From Octopus vulgaris (Eukaryota): a stretch of 64,000 nucleotides of DNA. Location: contig OX597814.1 of the NCBI GenBank assembly GCA_951406725.2, positions 4,774,001-4,838,000 of the forward strand. Reading direction: 5' to 3'. The notes beneath the pieces are model-generated. The model ran no database searches. It saw only the letters and a list, made by a program, of their open reading frames with translations, and had not been told where the DNA came from. Each line of letters begins with the position of its first letter. Position 1 is the first letter of the stretch. Both the position numbers and the translations under genes were made by a program. Shown one piece after another: positions 13,090-26,760 of this stretch.

Positions 13090-13135
<46 letters not shown>

Positions 13136-13141
13136 GAAGAG

Positions 13142-13228
<87 letters not shown>

Positions 13229-13253
13229 GAGAAAGAAAGAAAGAAAGAGAGAG

Positions 13254-13312
<59 letters not shown>

Positions 13313-13415
13313 AGGAAAGAGAGAGAAAGAAAGAGAGAGAGAGAGAGAGAGAAAGAAAGAAAGAGAGAGAGAGAGAGAAAGAAAGAAAGAGAGAGAGAGA
13401 GAGAAAGAAAGAGAG

Positions 13416-13492
<77 letters not shown>

Positions 13493-13530
13493 AAGAAAGA
13501 AAGAGAGAGAGAAAGAAAGAAAGAAGGAAA
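13090..13530. repeat. (GAAA)n/(GA)n microsatellite
   Basis: Direct inspection. Confidence 0.95.
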
Positions 13531-13734
13531 AAGTTATATAGTAAGGTTATATTCTGTTAAGAACGTAGTTGAGTACAGTATAATACCCGTTCATCTTCAG
13601 ATTTCACCCAGTGCTATCCAACTGTAGTATTATACGTACTGCTAGAATTGTTTTGGGGGCTTCTGTAGTGTGTCAATGGATAATTGAATAAGTTGGAGTG
13701 AACAAGAAGGAGTACAGAGGAACATTTATTTGTA

Positions 13735-13840
13735 ATCACTACAAGTGTTTCCGCACAACAGAGTTGTGCATGTTCGGAGGGATTTGGTTATGTAACCGTT
13801 TCCCTGCATTGTGAGATTTTGTTGTGTTTCATCAGGTGAT
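13735..13840 (-). ncRNA. Type I hammerhead motif with an extended stem II
   Basis: atcac-CTGATGA-(~77 nt)-GAAA-cacttg-TA-gtgat; perfect 5-bp stem I. Confidence 0.6.
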
Positions 13841-14087
13841 ATATAAATATTGTTTCTGTGTTCCGTAAACTCAAATGTTCGGCTTCGACCGCATCCTTTC
13901 TGTCTGTCGTGGCTTTGTAAATAGTAATAACCACTCAGTATATCAAAATGTGTGTTTGTGGTTGAGAGCTTGTTGATGAAACAGCTTTAAAAGTATAGAG
14001 AGAGTGAGCTAATATACAGCACAAAACATTTGATCAGTAAAAAGAAACCATTTGTGCTGGTTGTTATTCTTTCTTTCTTTCTTTCTT

Positions 14088-14186
14088 TCGAGGCGGGCAT
14101 AGGCGAACGTCCGGAGGCGGGCGAAGGCGGACGAAGGCGAGCTTCAAAAGGCGGGCGAAGGCGGGCAAACGCGGGCAAACGCGGCA
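14088..14186. repeat. GC-rich ~10-bp minisatellite (aaggcgggcg-like)
   Basis: Direct inspection. Confidence 0.7.
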
Positions 14187-14260
14187 GAAAAAAACCTTCT
14201 TTTCCAAATTACGAGAGACTACACTCATATATAAATGTGTGTGGCGCATGTGTATTGATG

Positions 14261-14645
14261 TGTGGAGGCGCAATGGCCCAGTGGTTAGGGCAGCGGACTC
14301 GCGGTCATAGGATCGCGGTTTCGATTCCCAGACCGGGCGTTGTGAGTGTTTATTGAGCAAAAACACCTAAAGCTCCACGAGGCTCCGGCAGGGGATGGTG
14401 GTGATCCCTGCTGTACTCTTTCACCACAACTTTCTCTCACTCTTACTTCCTGTTTCTGTTGTACCTGTATTTCAAAGGGCCGGCCTTGTCACTCTCTGTG
14501 TCACGCTGAATATCCCCGAGAACTACGTTAAGGTTAAACGTGTCTGTGGAGTGCTCAGCCACTTACACGTTAATTTCACGAGCAGGCTGTTCCGTTGATC
14601 GGATCAACCGGAAGCCTCGTCGTCGTAACCTACGGAGTGCTTCCA
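14261..14645 (+). mobile_element. SINE family B, full length
   Basis: tRNA-like head with a TCG anticodon-like loop; near-identical to the copies at 6051, 9438 and 33673. Confidence 0.9.
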
Positions 14646-14811
14646 TCCATTGATATGTATGCGTATATGTATTATAAAGAACTTTTTTTTTTTAATTCCA
14701 ATTACGTCAGAACCTTTTGAATGTTTGCATGTCCAATAACGGCCTCTTATTAGTCTGATGTTTGTATTGATAGCTACGTAACAATGCTTACACACGCACA
14801 TAAACACACTC

Positions 14812-14875
<64 letters not shown>

Positions 14876-15539
14876 TTAATAACAAGTTTATCGGTAGCAT
14901 CAGTTAGAGCCCCAACTCCAATAACAACAACTACTACAGTAACGAGGTAGTCAATAATTATTGCTGATAAGCAACTATAACAACGTTATCGACAACAACA
15001 ACAACAACTACAGCAATGATTGTAGCAATAACAACAACAACGACGGCGACGACGACGAAGAAGAAGAAGAAGAAGAAGAAGAAGAAGAAGAAGAAGAAGA
15101 AGAAGAAGAAGAAGAAGAAGAAGAAGAAGAAGAAGAAGAAAGTAACAACAGCGATTCGAATGGAAGACGGGAATAAAGAAAGAAAGGAAACAGCTTTGGT
15201 GGATTTGTTTTTTTCGGCAAAGTTTGTATCAAACATTAAAATTGTGATAACAATATGGAGGACAAGTGAGAGAAGAGAATCGTTGCTAGCAGACGATCGC
15301 CATCATCGTCGTCGTCGTCGTCGTCGTCGTCGTCATCCTTGAGTCACATGATACAATATTAACTCGTACATCAAACATATCACTGTTTTAGTTAAACAAG
15401 GTTTGTGTTCGTTTTTCCTTTTGTTATACGATCTGACTAACAACTGGTGGTACTGAAGAGGAGGAGGAGGAGGAGGAGGAGGAGGAGGAGGAGGAAAACG
15501 ATGACGATGACGACGGCTATGTCGATAACGATAACAACG

Positions 15540-15619
<80 letters not shown>

Positions 15620-15620
15620 T

Positions 15621-15669
<49 letters not shown>

Positions 15670-16187
15670 AGTAGTTGGTGGTGGTAGGGGTGGAAGAGTC
15701 GGTTGGTGACGACGACGATGACGAATATTAATGCGATATTGGCTGAAATGTTTAAACATGCGCTTTGCGTCTCGTATATGTCAGTAGGTTGTGATAATAT
15801 ATGCATGCATATGTATGTGTGTGTGTATGTTTATGTATGTATCTATGTATGTATGTATATATACATGTATGTATGTGTGTATGTATGTGTGTGTGTATGT
15901 ATGCATGTATTAAGATTCAAGCCACACCCCTTGACCATTCCTCAACGCAGTGCATCTTCTAGCATTAACCATGTAATTCTGATATTTTCTTCCTGTATCT
16001 CTCTACTTCCAAACTTATACAGAAAGTGATGAGGTGTTTTGGAAGTGGCGGTCCCTGAACGAGTTGTTGTGATGATATTGACGGATTTTGAATGACTGAT
16101 TTCTGTTCAGTAACTTTTTAAACACATATTTAGGAATAGATTTTTCTTTCAGATAAAAACCACAGCATCATGCCTTTCGATTGGTAT

Positions 16188-17305
16188 TGTTACGAATACC
16201 TGCCGTCGCTCAAACTCTTCGGAAACCCGGGACCCTACCAAGTCGAGCGACGACGATCGACCGGCTCGATCGAACGGTGAATTCGCCACGGACTCAGAGA
16301 GAGAATTCGGTGGGGGGGGGAGGCGGCAGCGAACTCGGCAACCGGCGACCGGAGAGAACAACAACAACAAACAACAGGAAGAGATACAGAGAGACACGGC
16401 GGAAGGCAGTTTGGCTTACATTTAGCAACAGTTTATGACAAATACGACATCAGATACAGTGTAAAATACATCAGGTACATCAAAGAGAATAACATGCAAC
16501 AAAATTAACAAGATCAAAGCATGCAGGTACAATATACAGTCCGGAGACAACAGTTCAGATCAAATTAAAACAAATAATGTTCACATTAACGATACAGTTC
16601 AAGTTGATGCAATATAGTTCAGAGTTCAATGTTCTACATTAGAGTCTTTCTCTTTCTTTTTCAACAATTCTGTAACACAATTCACAATGTTCTTTATAAT
16701 CTCATTTCTTTAATTCAGTACTTCTTCCTCCTTTTTTCACATCAATCTTTTACATTTCAACAATTCTTTTTTTCCTTCTTTAACACATCAAAACATAAAC
16801 AAACATACCGTTACGAGCTCCTACTACAATAGTCAATGCCTTCACGCCGTAATCTCCCTCACCTCCTCAATCCTCTGTGTATGTCTTTCTCAACGTTGTC
16901 GTTGCCTCTCGCTCTTCTTAATCCTATCTGCCTGTCTTCCTCTACGCTGTCATTCCTCTCGCTTGTCTGTCTTTCACATTCCCTGTCTGTCTCTTGCCAG
17001 CTGACCGCCTCCTGTCTGTCTCAGGCAGAACTCCTAAACTGCCCTGTTACCAATTCACTGTCTCCGGCCGAACTGTTTAACAAACTCCCAGCTCCCGCTT
17101 TTTAAAGGGTAGCTTCCTCGACCCTTCTTTGACCGGAAAAAGGACAGAGGTCTCTTCGAAGCTCGTTAATCTTTCCAGGAATTGGCAGAACAAAAGGCAA
17201 TAACTTTATATCCCAGACTTCAAGACTACAAACCAGCAAAAGTAGGTCATAGCACTGTTTCCGAATTGACCTCCATATCAGTATATATACGTTACGTATG
17301 TTACA
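16188..17305 (-). mobile_element. Possible solo LTR
   Basis: TG...CA ends (tgttac / gttaca); TATA-like tttaaaa on the minus strand near 17100; composition distinct from the flanks; no TSD found. Confidence 0.4.
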
Positions 17306-17328
17306 TAGACGGTTATTTTAGTTAAATT

Positions 17329-17409
17329 TTATACCATGACAAAACAATGTACATAATACTTCCAGTCAGTTAAGATCAGAAGCCATGAGAGCCACTTTCT
17401 GGAACTGCA

Positions 17410-17411
<2 letters not shown>
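17329..17411 (-). mobile_element. 5' fragment of the 555-bp TAA element
   Basis: Matches 3760-3845. Confidence 0.75.
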
Positions 17412-17469
<58 letters not shown>

Positions 17470-17531
17470 CATCAACATCATCATCCTCATCATCATCATC
17501 ATCATCATCATCGTCGTCGTCGTCGTCATCA

Positions 17532-18212
17532 TTGCCTTTGCACAGCTTCTAACGCTGGAGATGTACTACAGTGTGAGCTGTTCACTACCAGTGAACTAAA
17601 GTAACAACTCTTATTTTTCGAGCACCTTCCGAAGTATTCAAACGGTCCCAAGCAGTGATGTTTTCTGGAAGTGCTCCACCCTTATTGCAGCCCCTATTTG
17701 TTCCACGTACTTCTCAAGATTTTTACTCACTGTTCCCAGGGCTCCGATAATTATTGGTACTACTGCTAGCTTTTTCATCGATCACAACTGCTTAACCTCC
17801 CAAGCTAACCTGTCATATCTCTCGACTCTTCTTTCTTCCTTATCGCATATCTTGTTTTCAGCTGGGCATGCTATGTCTATGATCCAGCATAGTTTGTTTT
17901 CTTTCTCAATTAACACTATGTCCGGCTTCCTATCCTCTATCTCATGGTCGCACTGAATCATAAAATCCCATAGGATCTTTGCATTTCTATTTTCGACGAT
18001 GCCTTCAGGTTTGTGGTCGTACCAAGTTTTTGCTCTGTCAAGTCCATACCTGTTGCAAAGTGTCAAATGGACAAGCCTGGCTATATTGTAGTGGCGTCTC
18101 TTATATTCCTTCTGGGCTAATGGCTGGTAATATGCCATACGGTTTCACCGTTTTGTCCACAGATTCTTCACTTATCACTTTCTACTGTGTTGTTTATTCT
18201 GTAGTTTATGTA
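17532..18212 (-). mobile_element. R4/Dong-type LINE 3' fragment (family D), degenerate
   Basis: ORF 17782-18138 carries the RLE motifs RH-N, LWDF and KPDIV...IIDIACP; bounded by (TAA/TGA)n. Confidence 0.8.
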
Positions 18213-18278
<66 letters not shown>

Positions 18279-18838
18279 GAGTGAGAGAGCAATGCATGCC
18301 ATCAAAGTGACACTGGGGTCAAATATACGAAGCCCAATATACCCATCATGACCGCCCGTTTGATAATGGTACACCAGGCACATGCATCACAACCATATGT
18401 GCGCGACATGGTGATCTCATATCAAGATAAACAGCGCATCACCTTGACGGTGGCGCCCAGTTAGAAATCTATTCAAGTCGAGTAGCTCATCCTGCTCAAA
18501 TGGTCCTTGAATAATAATGGTTGTTTAAAGATGTTGAACGAAACACCCATTTTTCCAGAGGTGAATTATTCAAACCCCAAAGAATCCCTCTCAACACATG
18601 ACTATGATGCTCCCCCAGTACTTCTGCTTCCGATCAAAAATGCACATATCGTCAGCCACTAAGGGACATGCTCAACTGGTTAAAGTCAAACAACTGACAA
18701 GCAAATCTGTAGTATTGAGCAGAATATTTGTTGTAGCCCATCTTTTTATACCAAGACAAAACAATGTACATGATAACACTTCCAATCAGTTAAGATCAGA
18801 AGCCACGAGAGCCACTGCCTGGTACTGCATCAGGGCAA
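18279..18838 (-). mobile_element. 555-bp TAA element, full copy (more diverged)
   Basis: Matches 3298-3854. Confidence 0.85.
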
Positions 18839-19965
18839 TTACTTTTTTTTTATTGTTGTTATTTGTTATTGTTATTATTATATATGTGTGTGTGTATGTA
18901 TATACGGATGATTTCATTTTTCACATTATCTCCCCTCATGTGCCTCTCTAATGCGCTCGCGATCTCTAATGACTTTATCACTCCCACTCTTAAGCTACCA
19001 CTCCGTCTCCCATCTCCGTCTTTACTCTCACCTTTCCCACGCACATACGTACACTTATACATTACCATATACACTCATACGGACGTCAACCCCACCTACA
19101 CAGATTTGATTTTACAATAAATGTTGATGAACGAATTCCATGAGGAAAGCATTGCTATCTTAGACGCGCACGCATACATACAGATGCACACACACGCACA
19201 CACACGCACACGCACACACACACATACATACGCACACACTGGTAAGACAGATGAGTGGTTTCAGCTCTCGTGTTCATAGAAACACCTCAGACGAACCAAT
19301 TACCCTATTGACGTAAAATGGCGCACGGCCATCTGTGTGAGCGCGTGCATGCGTGCTGGCGTGCTGGCGTGCGAGCAGCATCGACCAGTAAAAGTCTCCT
19401 CTAATTACAGCCTATGATTTATTCCAGCGAACTTACGAAAGAAAAGAGACAATAGAGCTCACGCACACACGCATGCGCACACAAACACACACACACACAA
19501 ACACGTCGGAGATGTTTGAAAATAAATATCTACGGGCTGAGCGTTGGCGAAATAGTGAACAGCGCTCTAACGGACGCTCGGTTGATCGTTAGCCGCCATT
19601 AAACCACTTGAAGAATCCGCTTAGGTTAGCATCGTTTGATAATGGCGATTCACATTGGGGCGCAGCTGCAAAGTTGGCAGACATTAAGGCGTTAGATCTA
19701 ATGAATAACGATTACCTTATGAGACTGTCACTGTAATATAAATGTAAATATAGTAGGAATGTGTGTGTGTTTGTGTGTGTAAGTGTGTGTGAGCGTGGGA
19801 GCATGCGTGTATATACATGCACATACATATACATATAAACATATATATAGATAATAAACGTATGTGTATATGCATAAATTACATATATACGTATATATAT
19901 GTATATATATATACATATGGATGTGTGCATGTTTATGATTATATATAAATACATATATGCATATA

Positions 19966-20010
<45 letters not shown>

Positions 20011-20202
20011 CTTGTTTCAGTCATTTGACTGCGGCCATGCTGGAGCACCGCCTCTAGTCGTGCAAATCGACCCACATACATATATATATAATTATTTCTC
20101 AAAGTGCATCAGGAATTCATTTTAAACTAGAAATACAGCTAAAACGCTCATCAAAATGATTTTCAGTGCTAGATATATGCATACATGTCTATCTATATAT
20201 CT

Positions 20203-20261
<59 letters not shown>

Positions 20262-20262
20262 T

Positions 20263-20440
<178 letters not shown>

Positions 20441-20831
20441 GCATGCACTCGCAAAATATATATAACTTAAAAGATGTCGATTCACTAAAAAAGAATATAA
20501 ATTCGCCAAGCGCTCACTACACGTCCGTACACTAAGCGTAACAGCCGGAAACTGGCGCGATATGGCAACGCGAAAATTTTCACGCATGTGCATTCGATCA
20601 ACTAAACAACCTGCACGTGGAATTAACGAGCAAGTGGCTGAAAACTGCACAGACCGTCAACGTAGTTCTTCAGAAGCTTCAGCATAACACAGAATGTGAC
20701 ATGGCAGACCGTTTGAATTACAAGGACAATTCATTTTTGCCAGCCGAGTCGGCAAGAGCAACGGGGAATAAAGTGACTTACTTAAGGACACAAGGCGCCG
20801 CTGGAAATCGAACTCACGATTATCAAACGTA

Positions 20832-21064
20832 TACCGTAATCCTTCGCCATATCGCGGTTCACCTATCGCGGTTCACCTATCGCGGTTCACCTATCGCGGT
20901 TTATTATTTAAGTCGATTCCTCCGTGGTGTTATAATAAAATATATACAAATTATAAAAATAATAATAATAAAATACACAGTACTGTTTCTACTTCGCGGG
21001 TTTTCACCTGTCGCAGGGTGGTGGGGGTTTGGAACGGAACACCCGCGATAGTCGAGGGACTACT
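20832..21064. mobile_element. pogo/Tigger-like MITE
   Basis: Imperfect TIRs (gtaatccttcg / cgagggactac); internal 14-bp tandem tatcgcggttcacc; related copy at 22414. Confidence 0.6.
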
Positions 21065-21737
21065 TTATATATGCTCATCTTTGCTGGGTTTATTCTCATC
21101 TTTGCTGGGTTTATCCCCCCCACCCCGCTTGGGACTACGATTCTCTGTTTGATGTAAAGTATTTACTTAAGTTCATCCTGAGACTGTAGTTCTCAGTAAG
21201 GCTTAACCCCACTTAATCCGGTTGCGAACATTTTCGCACGTGATGAACTTGTTTCCTAGCAGGGTTAAGATCCCCGTCTGCAGACGATATTCACTTCTTT
21301 ATCTATTATGAAAACATACCTTCATCTCACCTGAATTTCCAGAAATGCACAAATGTAATTCTACAAAGCAAATTTAAAATCTAAAATTGAATTCAGGGTA
21401 TCTTATGAAAACCTTTATAGAATTGGGAGATTGAAGAATTGCAAACTAGACTAACCACATCATTGTTTGAGTTTTCGTTCAATTTTATTTTTTAAGTTTC
21501 GTTAAGAAAATTAGTTGTGAGGAAAAAATAGTCGTCTGCATTCATTCAAACCAAGTGCAAAAGAGCCCGAGAACACATATGTGTGTAAATATGAGCAAAT
21601 GTGAGTATGCATCCATATGTGAGTATGTACATATGAGTCTGTGTACGTGCGTGTAAGTCTGTGAATATTTTTTTCTAGTTTCAGCTCAGAGCTGCGGCCA
21701 TGCTGATGCACAGCCGTTTTGTGCTACACTGTTATTA

Positions 21738-22145
21738 CTAAGAGCCTCCTCTAATATGTGGCACTTGGTGAAGAAAGGAGTTTGATACAGCTACTCTCAT
21801 TTGTACCTCTTGCTGTGAGGTAGGTTCATCTGGGACTCTCGACAGGAAGATCTCCAGCTTTGATTTAAAAAAACCTACATCTACTTTGTGAAAGCTCCTC
21901 AGACTCTTTGGGAGAATATTAAAAAGCTGTGGGCCCTTGAAAGCCAGGCTATTGCAGTAACTGGTCCTGAAGCGTGATGGCATTGCTGGGATCTTTAGCA
22001 CTATGCAGTGTCGTCCCATTCTGGCATTGGTGTAGCTTTCAATGCCAAAATTTGGCACAATTCCTTCCAGGATCTTCCAGATATATATTACTGCATACCT
22101 CTTCCGTCTTCTCTCCAGAGAGTAGAGTCTTAGCTGTTTCAACCT
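21738..22145 (-). mobile_element. CR1/L2-group LINE 3' fragment
   Basis: ORF LRLYSLERRRKRYAVIYIWKIL...FNILP...FKSKLEIFL is typical of the CR1-group ORF2 C-terminus. Confidence 0.75.
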
Positions 22146-22413
22146 TTAATTTAATTTAAGCGTACATCTAATAATACATATTCTATGCCTGTATGTTTGT
22201 ACCTGTATGAGTGAGTGCATTTGCCCGTATACATTTTCCTATGCGTGTGCGTGTGTGTATTTTATATGCGCATGGGTGAGTGTACGTTAGAGTAATTCAA
22301 GCATATGTCTAATAATATATGTGAGTGTGCGTCTGTGTACGTACATGTGCCTATAGTTATTCATGTACTTAACGATATATATGTGTGTGTATGTGTTCAC
22401 CTTTATAAGTGTA

Positions 22414-22866
22414 TACAGTAATCACTCGCTATATTGTGGTTCACCTGTCGCAAATTTTTCTGGCTAACACAGGTAATATTGTGGGTTTCTGCGGCCTGTA
22501 AATTATTCATTTTTCTTTTTTTTTTTTTTTTAGATTTTAATTATTTCTGTGGTAAAATAAGATTTTCACGCCTAAAAATTAATAAATTAATTGATAAAAA
22601 TACAGTACAGTACCGCAGTGTATAACACATTAAGTATATTATAAGGAAATATATCCGGAGATGAGCAGACAAAGAATCGCGCATACTGTATGGAAAACGA
22701 AACCCGGAAGGCGAGTATGCGGTGTTGTTTTGCAATTATTATAAAATAAATATAGACAAATTATAAAAATAATAAAAACTATACAGTATTGTTCCTACTG
22801 CGCGGATTTTCACGTAGCGCGAGAGATTTTGGAACATAACACCCGCGATAGTCGATGGATTACTGT
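22414..22866. mobile_element. pogo/Tigger-like MITE
   Basis: TIRs acagtaatcactcg / cgatggattactgt; shares its 3' half with 20832-21064. Confidence 0.65.
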
Positions 22867-22948
22867 GTAGTTATATATGCATATTACACACAGTACATAT
22901 TTCTATGCCTATATATATACCTATATATGTATGTATGAATTCCATAAT

Positions 22949-23038
22949 GCCATCTCTGAAGAGCGCAAGATTGCATAATCGGACTGTTATCTAACGCTCC
23001 GTTGAACCTTTAGTGCGAAACTGTTCAGTATGATCGGC
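22949..23038 (+). ncRNA. Type I hammerhead ribozyme motif
   Basis: gccatct-CTGAAGA-gcgc...gtgc-GAAA-ctgttcag-TA-tgatcggc. Confidence 0.65.
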
Positions 23039-23203
23039 CGTAATGGATATATAATACTATACACTTCGATTAATATATGAATATAAATATAAGTAAAAAG
23101 TTTATTATCGGCATGTCTAAGATAAAATCTTATAAAAAAAACACAACTAACAATTAGAAAAATGGAGAAGAGAAGATGTTAAAAGTTCGAATTAGAATTT
23201 AAT

Positions 23204-23308
23204 TTCCACTTACGACCGTTTCAAATAGCAATACAAACATGTAAGAAAAAAACATTAATTATAATAACAATTAAATAGTTATGTATTACCATTCTCGTCA
23301 GTGTAAAA
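23204..23308 (-). ncRNA. Type I hammerhead motif, decayed
   Basis: CTGACGA-(long AT-rich stem II)-GAAA-cggtcg-TA-agtggaa; stem I weakened. Confidence 0.45.
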
Positions 23309-24007
23309 AATTAAAGGAAAACCTCAAAATATGTCTAGTCACCTTATTTTTTTTTTTAATTTTCACATTTACCATTTTGCAGAATCAGCTACTGATTCCT
23401 GTAGTGGAATCTATAAATACTGACGGGGTAGAATTTAACTTCACCACCCCCTATCGAGTAAGCATTATCGATAAGCATCAAACTTCATGCGACATTAGCA
23501 TACCAATCTAATGCCACTCAATTGTGTAAGGGAGGTTGTCTCCCCTGTCAGTAAATGGAAAATGGGTTTTCTGTGGCTAAAGAGTCTTTTGACAGTTGTT
23601 TCTAGCAATGCTGGTGTTCTCTGCACCGTTCGTCACTGTTTAGTGGCGGTGAGTTGTTTCGCTTTTGGTTTGAATTGTGTCTAGCCAGCTTAATTATTCT
23701 ATAACTTTATATATATATGGGTGGGTGTGTGTGTGTGCGTGTGTGTGTGTGCATGTGTGTGTGTGTGTGCATGTGTGTGTGTGCATGTGTGTGTGTGTGC
23801 ATGTGTGTGTGTGTGCATGTGTGTGTGTGTGCGTGTGTATTCAAATATTAATTAGAAGCAGCGTTAGTGTAATAAACATTATCGACTACGTATAAGTAAA
23901 GCATATGCCATGTGTATCACGCCAAGTCACAGCAGCCAACCGGCAAATACACGGGGCTTCGGCGTTAAGTATGTAAGGTCGATATATATATACATACATA
24001 TATATAT

Positions 24008-24490
24008 ATCGTGACGTATATTTGCCATTTGAATATGGCTAACCCCTAAGGGTGGATGCTACTGTAGTTTGTAGCCCCCAGGAGGACACCTCCTCCAGCT
24101 GGCTATAGACACACTTTCTGTGCCCTATCAGTATTTGCGAAGGGAAGCTATCCTTCCCGTCTTCAACTTATGATACACACGGACTCGAGTTTCAGGGTAT
24201 TGACCCGTCATCGGCGTGTGACAATCATAGTTGTCGATGAGAATTCGGTTCCCTTCACAAATACAGATACCTTTTCTAGTATCGATTGACACTGATATTG
24301 AAAAAGTGAAATCAAACAATGATAAATCTCAGAGCGAGTTATAAACAGTAGCAGCAACACATCGTGACGTATATTTGCCATTTGAATATGGCTAACCCCT
24401 AAGGGTGGATGCTACTGTAGTTTGTAGCCCCAGGAAGACACCTCCTCCAGCTGGCTATAGACACACTTTCTGTGCCCTATCAGTATTTGC
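24008..24490 (-). mobile_element. Retrozyme-like element: 353-bp unit plus a 130-bp partial repeat, with a hammerhead
   Basis: Direct repeats 24008-24138 and 24361-24490. Hammerhead cacacg-CCGATGA-cgggtcaataccct-GAAA-ctcgag-TC-cgtgtg at 24176-24220. Flanked by (TA)n. Confidence 0.75.
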
Positions 24491-24620
24491 ATGTATATAT
24501 ATATATATATATATATTAACAATTGAGGATAAAATCTTTAAGAGAAATTATCAGTAGTTAGCGTGAAAAACCTCGTAAGAGAAAAAATCCGTAAATTTTT
24601 CCACTTTGAAAATATTTATT

Positions 24621-24986
24621 TATATTATATTGAGGGTACTACTATTCGTAGATACCACATGATAAAGAGGGACCAATGCGGTCAAAACTACTAAAATAAA
24701 CAAAATTTTACCGAATGCAAAACTTCAAAGCAAATCATTTAAAAAAAAGAATTTAGTTACATATCACCTGTGATTTCGCAATTAAGGCAGAATATGCATT
24801 CCATGTTCATGGACATGGAATGCATATTCTGCATTAATTGCGAAATCACAGGTGATATGTAACTAAATTCTTTTTTTAAATGATTTGCTTTGAAGTTTTG
24901 CATTCGGTAAAATTTTGTTTATTTTAGTAGTTTTGACCGCATTGGTCCCTCTTAGCGTGCGGTATCTACGAATAGTAGTACCCTCA

Positions 24987-24995
<9 letters not shown>
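24621..24995. repeat. ~190-bp-arm palindrome (centre ~24810) of a Penelope-like tail containing the 3' half of a hammerhead
   Basis: The arms are reverse complements; each carries GAAA-tcacaggtga-TA; the element lies in (TA)n. Confidence 0.8.
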
Positions 24996-25060
<65 letters not shown>

Positions 25061-26027
25061 CATATACATATACATACACAATTTCTCATTAAAACGCTTT
25101 TTACGTCTTTTTAGAAAAGGACACATTACGTAATATTGTCCAAGATAGACTTTGCGACAAAATGATGGGATGCTCAAAGCTGGATCGGAATGTATTATAA
25201 TTCTGCTCTTTCACGATGCAGTCCTAGATATGCCTACAACGACGGATGGTCACGGATGGAATGCATTTACTGATCCATCTACTGGATCAGGAGTAAGTTT
25301 ATATAACAGATGATCTCACGGCACTCAAGGACTGAACCATCTACAAAGCAATACGGAATTCTCAATGTGGTATCTCAAGTTACTAGAAATAATAGCCAAG
25401 CCTTCTTCATAGCATGCACTTCATGTTAGATGAAGAGGTAAAACAGTAGATTATGCAGACCTAGATTTCCTTAAAGAAAGACAAGTTGGCGGAGTGGGTT
25501 TCATCGTAGGCTTGGTCCGTATTACTGGACCTAGGGTTAAGCAATAGCAACATCAATGATTAGAACAATAACCTACCCCAACCATACCATCTCCCATCAT
25601 CTATTTATAACAGTATAAATATTTATAGAATATAATCGATGACACAGTTATTGAAAACAATAGGCTGTGTGTGTGTGTGTGTGTGTGTGTGTTAAGCAGA
25701 GCCGACATTAAGTTGACGGTCAAGTTTGCAATTTAATGGCGTTTCAAACCGGATTTCCGTTACTTTTTGTTCTTCTTTTGTGGTTCATTGATTGCCCTAC
25801 ATTAGCTTCCAAAGGACACTCAAGTATCATTGAAAGTTCTTATCCGACGTTCTGGTTTCGATTCCAGTATCATACAACTTCATTTATGACACTGATATCC
25901 TTGAGAAACCCATGAACACCACAACTTTCCGTTTCCATTTCCATCGACTTTTACTGTCCACAGATATCAAAACAATTGAAAATATATTTATTTTTCTCTA
26001 TTATTATTATTATTATTATCATTAATA

Positions 26028-26145
<118 letters not shown>

Positions 26146-26170
26146 CATCATCATTATTATTAATATTATT

Positions 26171-26610
26171 GAGTGAGAGAGCAGTTCATGCCATCAAAGT
26201 GACACTGGGGTAAAATATACGAAGCCCAATATACCCATCATGACTACCCGTCTGATAAGGGTACACCAGGTACATGCATCACAAACATATGTGCGCGACA
26301 TGGCGATCTCATATCAAGATAAACTGCACATAACCTTGCAGGTGGGGCCCAGTTAGAATTTTCTTCAGGTTGAGTAGTCCATCCCGCTCAAACGGTCCCT
26401 GAATAAGGGTTGTCTAAGGATGTTAAAAAAACCACCCATGTCTCCAGAGGTGAATTATTCAAACCCCAAAGAATCCCTCTCAACACATGGCTGTGATGCT
26501 CCCCCACTACTTCTGCTCGTGATCAGAGATGCACATATCGTCAGCCACTAAGGGACATGCTCAACTGGTTAAGGTCAAACAACTGACAAGCAAATCTGTG
26601 GTATTGAGCA
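26171..26610 (-). mobile_element. 555-bp TAA element, 5'-truncated
   Basis: 3' end intact; lacks the first ~120 nt; (att)n on both sides. Confidence 0.85.
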
Positions 26611-26615
26611 TATTA

Positions 26616-26712
<97 letters not shown>

Positions 26713-26760
26713 CATCATTATTATTATTATTATTATTATCATTATTATTATTATTATTAT

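Noticed and set aside
13060-13560. 166-aa Lys/Glu/Arg-rich ORF
   Set aside because: Translation of a (GAAA/GA)n tract
14261-14340. tRNA-Arg gene
   Set aside because: It is the head of a multi-copy SINE with TSDs; no proper acceptor stem or terminator
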